This document shows positions 1-7,229 of a DNA stretch of 64,000 bases, piece after piece. The DNA is from an uncultured Clostridia bacterium (GTDB lineage Bacteria; Bacillota; Clostridia; Christensenellales; CAG-138). Made by a program: the position numbers and the translations under genes. The stretch spans positions 9,278 to 73,277 of the forward strand of contig CAMVMM010000010.1 of the NCBI GenBank assembly GCA_947168565.1. The letters run 5' to 3'. The first letter of the stretch is position 1. Every line of letters starts with the position of its first letter. Below the pieces are notes generated by a model. The model worked only from the letters and a program-made list of their open reading frames with translations. It was not told the origin of the DNA and searched no databases.

Positions 1-24
1 TACGGCTTAAAAAACGATATCGCC

Positions 25-261
25 GTGCCAAATGATTTTAAGAGCGAGGCAATAAACCGCCTCAATACCTTCGATACCGATTCGCTTATTGAAAGCATGG
101 CGGAATTCTTTAATAAGCGTGAGGAAGGGGAGATATTCTTCTTCACGCGGGAAATGGCGGATGAGTTTATACTTGAAGCGGTCAAAACTTGCTTAAAAGA
201 GCTGGATGCGCTTGAAAGCGGCGGTGCGCTCATGGATATGTATGAATGCGCGTGGAGCTGA
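25..261 (+). CDS. hypothetical small acidic protein (possibly truncated by the window edge)
   Basis: GTG-initiated 78-codon ORF. The same frame stays open back to position 1, so the true start may lie upstream of the window. No recognisable motif. Confidence 0.45.
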   Translation: MPNDFKSEAINRLNTFDTDSLIESMAEFFNKREEGEIFFFTREMADEFILEAVKTCLKELDALESGGALMDMYECAWS

Positions 262-290
262 TAAACGCAGTATTGATATAGGGATGAAAT

Positions 291-617
291 ATGAAGGACT
301 TCACTTTGAACGAAATGCTTGAAATGCAGAAGGCGCTTCAGGAAAAGTATAAGCATAAATGGAGCGCACTCACGCCGGAGCAGGGACGGCATCAGCTTCT
401 TTGGATGATCGGCGAGATTGGCGAGGTGATAGACATAATCAAAAAGCATGGGGGAGAGAAGGCGAGCGGTGAACCCGAAATCAGAGCGCAGCTTGTGGAG
501 GAAATGGCGGATGTGCTTATGTATTATAACGACGTTCTTCTTTGCTACGGCATCACCGCGGACGAGCTCAAGCAGGCTTATGAAGCAAAGTTCAAAAGGA
601 ATATGACGAGATGGTAA
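291..617 (+). CDS. MazG-like nucleoside triphosphate pyrophosphohydrolase (small all-alpha NTP-PPase)
   Basis: 108 aa. Contains the EIGEVIDIIKK ... EEMADVLMY pattern typical of the MazG/YpjD-type EExxE/D metal-binding helices. Confidence 0.75.
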   Translation: MKDFTLNEMLEMQKALQEKYKHKWSALTPEQGRHQLLWMIGEIGEVIDIIKKHGGEKASGEPEIRAQLVEEMADVLMYYNDVLLCYGITADELKQAYEAKFKRNMTRW

Positions 618-1270
618 AGGAAAAAACTGCGATCAAAAGGCTTATCGCGCTGATTTCGGCGCTGATTCTCACCGCGATCTCCGTCCTTGCGCCCGCAGCC
701 CGGGCGGAGGAAACCGAGCCGGTGGTTTTGGATACCATAGAAATCCTCGGCTTCACCGAGCCCGCATGGGGCGCGGCGGCGGATTTTGAGGTTTCCGTGC
801 CGGAGGGCGCGCATTATTACGTGGATTACACGAACTGGTTTTGGTATATCCCGGGCGGCGAAACCGGAATGCTGCCGAGTGATGGGGCATTCACGTTGGA
901 AAACGCCTGCTATTACCAGGAATTTGAGATCTGGCCGGAGGAGGGGTACACCTTCGCGGACGACGTTCTTGTATATATAAACGGAAGCGCAGAGCTGGTG
1001 GATCGCGCAGTCTGGTCGCTCAGTTCACCCTATTTTTTGGTGGATACGATAGATTTTACCGTGCACGGGCCCGCCGCCCTCCCCGGGGACGCGGATCTGA
1101 ACGGCGAAGTGAACGTGTCCGATGCGCTTATAGTCATGCGCGCCGCTATGGGGCTTATGGAGCTTGAGCCCGCCGCGCTTGAGGCCGCGGACGTGAACGC
1201 AAGCGGCGAGGCGGATATGGCGGACGCCGTTAGCATTCTTCGCGCCGCTATGGGGCTTGTGGAGCTGTGA
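611..1270 (+). CDS. secreted protein of unknown function with C-terminal type-I dockerin
   Basis: Signal peptide (LIALISALILTAISVLAPAARA). C-terminal duplicated Ca-binding segments GDADLNGEVNVSDALIVMRAAMGL / DVNASGEADMADAVSILRAAMGL. ATG overlaps the preceding stop. Confidence 0.8.
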   Translation: MVKEKTAIKRLIALISALILTAISVLAPAARAEETEPVVLDTIEILGFTEPAWGAAADFEVSVPEGAHYYVDYTNWFWYIPGGETGMLPSDGAFTLENACYYQEFEIWPEEGYTFADDVLVYINGSAELVDRAVWSLSSPYFLVDTIDFTVHGPAALPGDADLNGEVNVSDALIVMRAAMGLMELEPAALEAADVNASGEADMADAVSILRAAMGLVEL

Positions 1271-1292
1271 GGCGCCAACGAATGATAAAAAA

Positions 1293-2993
1293 ATGACCGA
1301 ATCGCGCAAAAAGAAAACCGTTGAAATGAAAAACGTGCTCTCCGCCGCCTCCCGCGCCGAGTTTCGCGCATGGCTTGAGGAAAATCACGATACTCAGGCT
1401 GAATGCTGGCTTGAAGTGAAGCGCGGAAGGCCCGCCGATGACGGCTGCTTTTACTATCTGGACGCGGTGGAGGAGGCGCTGTGCTTTGGCTGGATAGACA
1501 GCACGAGCGTGCCGGCGGGGGAGGGGCGGCTGCAAAGGTTCTCCCCGCGAAGAAAATCAAGCCCGTGGACGGAGCTGAACAAGGAGCGCGTGCGCAGGCT
1601 GGAAAAGCTTGGGCTTATGACCCCGGCGGGCAGGGCGGTGCTGCCGCCGATGGGCGCACGCAGCTTCAAAATGGATGAGGATATTGCCTCTGCGCTCAAA
1701 AAAGCGCGCTGTTATGCTATATTTCGCGCCTTTCCTCCGCTTTATCAGCGCGTTCGGGCGTATAACGCGGCGTTTTTCAAAAAGCGCGATCCGGCGCAGT
1801 ATGAAAAAGCGCTTGCCCACCTGATAGAGGAAACCAAAAAAGGCAGAATGTTTGGCGAGTGGAACGATTATGGCAGGCTGCTTGAGTATGAAAACGGAGA
1901 AAACGCCGTAATGCGGCAAACGGTCGATTTTTTACCAAGCGAGCATTTCCCCAAGGACGCAAATGTGCCTCAAAGAGCGGATATACTTGCGCAGCTTGCT
2001 CTTTTCGGAATACCGGGCGCGGCCGAGATCAGGCTGATCGACTCCACGCACGATGAAAACGATATTCGCCTGAACTACATAATCGATAAAAAGTGGGTGC
2101 TGCGCTTCTGCCGCGCGAACGCCATGAACGAAAAGCGCCTTTCGGAGCTTTCGCGGCTTATCGCGCGCTATCTTGATTTCGGCCTTATCTGCCCGCGCTT
2201 TATTGCGGACGGGGCGGGAAAGTATCTGCATCCGTGGGAAAATCTCGTCTGCTATCTGTCGGAATACGTCGATCTTCAGCTGGCTTCGGAACTCAAGCTC
2301 GAGCCCGAAGCGGGGGATGCGCTCTTTTGCGAGGTGCAGCGCAGCGTTGCCGCATTCGCACAGAAGTACAAAAACATTGACCTGTCGGACACGATGGGCA
2401 TGTACAGCCTTTTCGACCTCTCACCCTTCGATATGAAGGAGGGGATCGACGAAAAGCAGCAGAACTTCAATAAGCTGATCGCGCTTCTTCGTGATGAGGG
2501 CGAAAACGCGTTTGCGGAGAAACTGATAAACAGGCATGAAGCCGTCCGCGCCGAGCTGAAAGCGGTCTATAAGGCCCTTCCGCGCTGCGTTTTTCAAGGC
2601 GATGAGAATTTCTCGAATATTCTTATGGATAACGGGCATTTCGCCGGCTTCATCGACTTCAACCTTGCGGGATGCGAGGTCGTCGTAAATCAGTTTGTAA
2701 ATATCGCTTCCTTCGATCATGCCGAAAAAACTGAGGAGCCGATCGGCGCGGCAGCAAGGCTTGATGCTTCCATAAAAGGCTTTCACGAGAGCATGGCGCA
2801 AATGCTTGAGCATTACGAAGCTTCCGAAGCGGAAAAGCGCGCGGCGGCGCTGTACGCCTGGATCGCGTTCGTCTGCCAATGGCCGGTATTCTGCTATTTC
2901 AAATGGGCAATGAAGGGCGAATTGCGCAGCGAGATACTGGAGCTGATCGGGCTTATTGCCGAAATGCCGGAGGAGCTGCTGATGCCGCGATGA
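1293..2993 (+). CDS. fusion protein: YdeI/DUF1801-like N-terminal domain + APH/choline-kinase-like phosphotransferase domain
   Basis: N-terminus has FRAWLEENH...EEALCFGWIDS (YdeI-type). C-terminus has FQGDENFSNILMDNGHFAGFIDFNLAG (kinase-fold HxDxxxxN...IDF-like). One uninterrupted frame. Start ambiguous: ATGs at 1257, 1293 and 1326. Confidence 0.7.
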   Translation: MTESRKKKTVEMKNVLSAASRAEFRAWLEENHDTQAECWLEVKRGRPADDGCFYYLDAVEEALCFGWIDSTSVPAGEGRLQRFSPRRKSSPWTELNKERVRRLEKLGLMTPAGRAVLPPMGARSFKMDEDIASALKKARCYAIFRAFPPLYQRVRAYNAAFFKKRDPAQYEKALAHLIEETKKGRMFGEWNDYGRLLEYENGENAVMRQTVDFLPSEHFPKDANVPQRADILAQLALFGIPGAAEIRLIDSTHDENDIRLNYIIDKKWVLRFCRANAMNEKRLSELSRLIARYLDFGLICPRFIADGAGKYLHPWENLVCYLSEYVDLQLASELKLEPEAGDALFCEVQRSVAAFAQKYKNIDLSDTMGMYSLFDLSPFDMKEGIDEKQQNFNKLIALLRDEGENAFAEKLINRHEAVRAELKAVYKALPRCVFQGDENFSNILMDNGHFAGFIDFNLAGCEVVVNQFVNIASFDHAEKTEEPIGAAARLDASIKGFHESMAQMLEHYEASEAEKRAAALYAWIAFVCQWPVFCYFKWAMKGELRSEILELIGLIAEMPEELLMPR

Positions 2994-3035
2994 GCGCGTT
3001 TTCCACCATAAAAGCCGGATAAAAAGGAGAGATAA

Positions 3036-3641
3036 ATGAACCCTGCCGAACTGCTGAAAATCCTTCATACCGTTGAAAAATTAAAGGATACCATTCGCCA
3101 TTCATACACCTCCGGCGGAAGGCATGAAAGCGTTGCGGAGCATACCTTTCGCATTGCGCTGGCGGCGTACTTCATAAAGGATGAATTTTCGGAAGCGGAT
3201 ATGGATCGCGTTATAAAGATGTGCCTTGTCCACGATCTGGGCGAAATTTTCACCGGCGATATACCGGCTTTTGATAAATCCGCCGCCGATGAAGCGAACG
3301 AAGCGCGCCTGCTCGAAAGATGGGTGAACTCGCTTCCAGAGCCGCTTTCGAGCGAGTTGACAGCCCTTTTCAGGGAGATGAACGCGCAAGCGTCGCTCGA
3401 AGCCCGTATCTTCAAGGCGCTTGACGGGCTCGAGGCCGTGATCCAGCATAACGAAGCGGATATCTCCACCTGGGAAGCGCATGAGTATGAGCTGAACCTT
3501 TGCTACGCCGAGGACAGATGCGCCTTTTCGCCGTTTTTCGCACAGCTCAGAGCGGCCGTTCGCAAGGAAACTGCGGAAAAGATAGCGGGGGAGAGCTTTA
3601 ATAGTGACGAATTCACTAAAATAACTCACAAAACGCAGTAA
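3036..3641 (+). CDS. HD-domain phosphohydrolase (YfbR-like 5'-nucleotidase family)
   Basis: ESVAEHTFRIA ... CLVHDLGEIFTGDIPAFDK gives the H...HD...D metal-binding signature. Confidence 0.8.
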   Translation: MNPAELLKILHTVEKLKDTIRHSYTSGGRHESVAEHTFRIALAAYFIKDEFSEADMDRVIKMCLVHDLGEIFTGDIPAFDKSAADEANEARLLERWVNSLPEPLSSELTALFREMNAQASLEARIFKALDGLEAVIQHNEADISTWEAHEYELNLCYAEDRCAFSPFFAQLRAAVRKETAEKIAGESFNSDEFTKITHKTQ

Positions 3642-3697
3642 ACTATTCGTAATGCGGCGCAGGATCGCCCGGTCACAGTTTAGTTTGCTCATTATGC

Positions 3698-3726
3698 TTG
3701 CAAATCCCGCGCCAATCGGTTATAAT
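3698..3726 (+). promoter_or_regulatory. sigma-A type promoter for ssrA
   Basis: TTGCAA - 17 nt - TATAAT, about 45 nt upstream of the mature tmRNA 5' end. Confidence 0.6.
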
Positions 3727-3772
3727 ATAGATGTGGAGCTGTGCGCAAAGCTTTCGCCGCTCCAATGCGCAT

Positions 3773-4125
3773 GGGGGCGTACATGGTTTCGACGGGGATC
3801 GTGGATGCCGGATAAGCGAGCCGAAGCCCCGAGCTTCGTTAAAAGCGGGAAACTCTTAAATATAAACGACGAATCCAATTTCGTACCCGTCGCCGCTTAA
3901 TCGGTGACCGTCCGCCCGCAGTTGCCCACGACTGCGGATACGGGCGTCATTAAAGTGGGGAACCAGCTCCGGCCTGTTCCGACCGGAGTGGGATCAAGGA
4001 ACTACTGAAAGCGCGATCCTGTCGGCAGGAGCGCGCCGGAGGGAACGTTAAAATACCGACTACGCTCGTAGAAAGTCTTGCAGACAGTTTTTCGGACAGG
4101 GGTTCGATTCCCCTCGCCTCCACCA
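3773..4125 (+). ncRNA. ssrA: tmRNA (transfer-messenger RNA, SsrA)
   Basis: 5' GGGGGCGTACATGGTTTCGACGGGG pairs with 3' ...GGGGTTCGATTCCCCTCGCCTCCACCA. This gives a 7-bp acceptor stem with G3:U, a T-arm and an encoded CCA. The internal tag frame ends ...NDESNFVPVAA-TAA (3865-3900). Confidence 0.95.
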
Positions 4126-4126
4126 A

Positions 4127-4160
4127 TTACAAAAGGGAGTATTTATACTCCCTTTTGTAA
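4127..4160 (+). terminator. hairpin immediately 3' of ssrA
   Basis: Perfect inverted repeat TTACAAAAGGGAGT-atttat-ACTCCCTTTTGTAA. No long U-tract beyond the stem. Confidence 0.5.
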
Positions 4161-4269
4161 TTGAGCAGAATGGAGGAATCGAACGCCCGAAGCAAAACGA
4201 TCCGGTGAATCGTTTTGCCGGGCCGGATACGCTTCTTAGAGGCACAAGTTTTTTACTGTAAACACCATA

Positions 4270-4302
4270 AAACCGCACGGCTGAATAGGTCGTGCGGTTT
4301 TT
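4270..4302. terminator. bidirectional intrinsic terminator
   Basis: AAAACCGCACG-gctgaataggt-CGTGCGGTTTTT. A-run and T-run flank the stem. It lies downstream of the minus-strand AKR gene and of the ssrA region. Confidence 0.7.
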
Positions 4303-4338
4303 CCGTCAAAACCATTATTATGCCAAGCAGCCCGTTGT

Positions 4339-5385
4339 TTACCAGCCTGCGAATCTTTTCTGCTCGTCCAGCGCAAGGATCTGCGCCATATCGCTTTGGC
4401 TCAGCTCAAAACCGAACACGTCGTAATTTTCGCGTATATGATCGGGATTTTTGGAGCCGGGTATCGCTATGTATCCCGCCTGAAGATGCCAGCGGAGTAT
4501 CACCTGCGCGGGAGTTTTGCCGTATTTTTCCGCAAGGGAAGCTATAACTTCGTTTTCAAAAAGCTTTTGCGTGTTTCCGCGCCCGCCGAAGGGGTAATAG
4601 GAATTTATCACTATTCCGAGCGATTCGGCGTATTCCTTCAGCTCCCTGTTTTGGGTGAAGATATGGTTTTCTATCTGTATCACCGCGGGCGGTATCTCGG
4701 CAAATTCAAGTATCTTGTTTAAAGAATCCACAGTGTAGTAATTGGATATGCCTATGGAACGTATCTTTCCATCCCGAACTGCGCTTTCCATTGCGCGGTA
4801 CACGGCTTCATCGTTCCTTCCCGGCTGATGGATCAGCATAAGGTCGATATAGCCGCAGGCAAGATCCGCAAGCGATTCGTCTATCGCCTCATCGGCGCGA
4901 TCAAAATCGGAAGGCATGATCTTGGTGGTTATAAAAACCTCCTCGCGCTTCACTATGCCGCTTTCTATCGCCCGCGCAAGAGCGAGCCCAACGCCCTGCT
5001 CGCATTGGTAATACCGCGCGGTGTCGATGAGCCGCACGCCGCATTGAAGCGCGTGATAAACGCATTCGTCCGCCTGCTCGTTCGTCATGGTCCAGGTGCC
5101 AAGCCCGATGATGGGCATTTCGTGGCCGCTGTTCAGCGTCACGGTGCGCGTTTCAAAATCGAAAACGGGCGTCTGCGCGGGGGCGGGCGTTTCTGCGGCG
5201 GGGGAAACCGAATCTGTCGGCGCGGGGGAAACCAAATCTGTCGGCGCGGGGGTGGCGGAACCTTCGTCGCTTCGCGGCGCGGTGCAGCCGAATAGCGACG
5301 CAAGCAGCAAAAGCGCGATCAAAAGTGCGGCGCGCAGGATGCGGCGCTTTGCCTTGCCGGTCGATTCGATACAGGTCTTTTTCAT
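4339..5385 (-). CDS. aldo/keto reductase with N-terminal lipoprotein signal and Pro/Thr linker
   Basis: AKR motifs GLGTW, DTARYY, ITTK, LIHQP, IGISNY, IENH. N-terminus is K/R-rich, then LLLLASLFGC (lipobox-like), then TPAPTDLVSPAPTDSVSPAAETPAPAQTP. Confidence 0.9.
   Translation of the reverse strand: MKKTCIESTGKAKRRILRAALLIALLLLASLFGCTAPRSDEGSATPAPTDLVSPAPTDSVSPAAETPAPAQTPVFDFETRTVTLNSGHEMPIIGLGTWTMTNEQADECVYHALQCGVRLIDTARYYQCEQGVGLALARAIESGIVKREEVFITTKIMPSDFDRADEAIDESLADLACGYIDLMLIHQPGRNDEAVYRAMESAVRDGKIRSIGISNYYTVDSLNKILEFAEIPPAVIQIENHIFTQNRELKEYAESLGIVINSYYPFGGRGNTQKLFENEVIASLAEKYGKTPAQVILRWHLQAGYIAIPGSKNPDHIRENYDVFGFELSQSDMAQILALDEQKRFAGW
5201..5248. repeat. 24-nt tandem duplication inside the AKR linker-coding region
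   Basis: GGGGAAACCGAATCTGTCGGCGCG / GGGGAAACCAAATCTGTCGGCGCG. On the coding strand this encodes APTDLVSP/APTDSVSP. Confidence 0.85.
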
Positions 5386-5397
5386 GCCGCTTTTTCC

Positions 5398-5715
5398 TCA
5401 GCAACCCTTGCCGTCCATGCCGCAGAAGTCGGGGCGCTTCTCGCGGTACATCACGGGAAGCCCCATCGACGCAAGTACGCCCTCCCAATCGAGGGTAACG
5501 CCGCCGTCCTCAAGCACGATGGCGGGGATGCCTACGCTGCCCTGCTCCCTGCACGGATCGAAAACGGGCAGAGCGTCGCGCAGGCGCAGAAACTCCTTTA
5601 GATTCCTCATGCTCTCGTTTATGTCGATATAGCTGTACTCTATGCCGTGATGGGTGAAGTTCTTTTCGCATTCGCGGCAGTCCGGGCAGAGCCCGCTTCC
5701 GTAGATCTTAAGCAT
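5398..5715 (-). CDS. glutaredoxin/NrdH-like thioredoxin-fold protein
   Basis: 105 aa. N-terminal KIYGSGLCPDCRE (CxxC after beta1) and later GIPAIVLEDG. 12 nt upstream of the AKR gene. Confidence 0.7.
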   Translation of the reverse strand: MLKIYGSGLCPDCRECEKNFTHHGIEYSYIDINESMRNLKEFLRLRDALPVFDPCREQGSVGIPAIVLEDGGVTLDWEGVLASMGLPVMYREKRPDFCGMDGKGC

Positions 5716-5860
5716 TTTTTCTTCCTCCGGTAATTCTATTGTTTTTTAATCGTGTTATTTGTTTTCATACTCTTCGTGCCGATTCCGTTAGTAAACCGTG
5801 TGGGCGCAGTAAGCGCTGCGGCGTTTTGAAGTGCCGCACACGAAACGGCGGCACGGTTTT

Positions 5861-6520
5861 TCAATGCGTTAAAACCTTGAACTCCCTGCGGCTGCCGTCT
5901 ATCAGACCCTCCTCCTTAAGCTGCCTGATCTCGCGCATCATCGCGCTCCTGTCCACGTTAAGATAATCCGAAAGATCCACAAGGCTCATCGGGATGGTGA
6001 AATAGCCGTCCTTATTCTTGGGGCAGATGGAGGAGGCGTAGCTCAGGTAGGAAAGCACCTTCCGGCGGATGGTATTCTGATGCAGCAGCGAAATATGCAG
6101 CGAAAGCACCTGCGATTTCTGCGCCGCCATGATAAAAAGATCGCTGATTATCCGGCTGTGGTGATCGCAAAGCTTTGCGCAGGGCCTTATTATGTGGTCG
6201 TAGTCAAGGAAAAGCACGCGGCAGCTCGTTTCGGCGGTAACTACGTACACAAACCGATCCAACGGCAGCGCGAAGGGCTCGCCGAACACATCCCCCTGCA
6301 TTATGCGCTCTATAAGGAAAATATCCCCGTCCTCGTTCAGAATTTGCAGCCTGGCGCAGCCGCTTTCAAGTATCTCCACCCGCTTGGGCTCGCCCGCTTC
6401 GTAGGTAAGTATGGTTTCGCCCGCCAGAAAATCCCTGCGATAGGGCTTGAAGCAGGTCAGGATATGCGCCATGGCTTCCTCGCCGATGGAGTCAAAAATA
6501 TTTCGCTTTTCCATTTGCAC
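5861..6520 (-). CDS. Crp/Fnr family transcriptional regulator
   Basis: 219 aa. cNMP-binding-like beta-barrel N-terminus and C-terminal HTH (SLVDLSDYLNVDRSAMMREIRQLKEEGLI). Confidence 0.85.
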   Translation of the reverse strand: MQMEKRNIFDSIGEEAMAHILTCFKPYRRDFLAGETILTYEAGEPKRVEILESGCARLQILNEDGDIFLIERIMQGDVFGEPFALPLDRFVYVVTAETSCRVLFLDYDHIIRPCAKLCDHHSRIISDLFIMAAQKSQVLSLHISLLHQNTIRRKVLSYLSYASSICPKNKDGYFTIPMSLVDLSDYLNVDRSAMMREIRQLKEEGLIDGSRREFKVLTH

Positions 6521-6922
6521 CCTCCCTTTTCGGCGGAAACGGTCGAAGGCTCACGGGCGGAACGCCGAAAAGCTGCGCGCTTTGCGCCGCAAGACAAGGC
6601 TATTATACCATATTTCTTTCAGAAAAACTCGAATAACTGTTGCAAATGCCACAATATCCTTGTGAATATACAAGTGAATAATAAATATATTAACCGTGCT
6701 CGCGGGAAGTCCGCCTAACGCATTACGCCATGAATAAAAAACAGAGGCAGAAAAAGCATTTTATACTATCCTGCATTTGAAGCATTGAGAGCGGGCGGGC
6801 AGAGCATTAACCGAAGCCAATCCGCAGGATCGCGGCTTGACGCTTGCGCTGCAACAAGGATCTGACGAAGCGGCTGCAGCGGAAAAGCTGCCGTACCAAT
6901 TAAGGCTTTTTGTGTGGGACGG

Positions 6923-6965
6923 TATAAACCGTAAAACCGTAAAACTGTAAAACCGAAAATCCGCC
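6923..6965. repeat. octamer microsatellite-like repeat (TAAAACCG)n, about 5 imperfect copies
   Basis: TATAAACCG TAAAACCG TAAAACTG TAAAACCG AAAATCCG, about 105 bp upstream of the protease promoter. Confidence 0.7.
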
Positions 6966-7068
6966 TCTTATCGGCCCCGTATGCCGCCCGCGCACGGCCG
7001 CTTTTGCGCCCCGGAGTTTTCCCCAAAGAAAAATTATACAATAATGGACGTATTCCTAAAGAAAACCC

Positions 7069-7097
7069 TTGACACAATCCGTTAATATAATTATACT
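7069..7097 (+). promoter_or_regulatory. sigma-A type promoter of the S8 protease gene
   Basis: TTGACA - 17 nt - TATACT. Confidence 0.6.
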
Positions 7098-7103
7098 TAT
7101 ATC

Positions 7104-7229
7104 GACCGTGACTGTATATGCGGTATACCGGAACCGAAGCTCAGGCTTCGGCAGGGGAGTAGGCTTTAAAAGCGCCGAAAACCGGTATCCGCTCTGCACC
7201 ATGGTCAAAAAAATACTTTGGAGGAATAT
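7104..7229 (+). promoter_or_regulatory. structured 5' leader of unknown class
   Basis: Outer helix GCGGTATACCGG (7120-7131) / CCGGTATCCGC (7182-7192) encloses hairpin CCGAAGC-tcag-GCTTCGG (7134-7151). The leader ends at RBS GGAGG (7220-7224). Confidence 0.35.

Noticed and set aside
4171-4250. Possible minus-strand tRNA (TGGAGGAATCGAACGCCCG looks like the reverse complement of a tRNA 3' end).
   Set aside because: No 5-bp T-stem, acceptor stem, D-arm or anticodon stem-loop can be drawn. The central 28-nt perfect hairpin is too long for a variable arm. I treat it only as a T-arm-like fragment (see the ssrA finding).
3642-5400. Genomic island or prophage integrated at ssrA.
   Set aside because: There is no integrase, no phage gene and no direct repeat of the ssrA 3' end downstream. 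The flanking genes are ordinary metabolic genes.
6766-7077. 103-aa minus-strand ORF in the protease upstream region.
   Set aside because: It has no RBS and a low-complexity translation. It overlaps the octamer repeat and ends inside the protease promoter.
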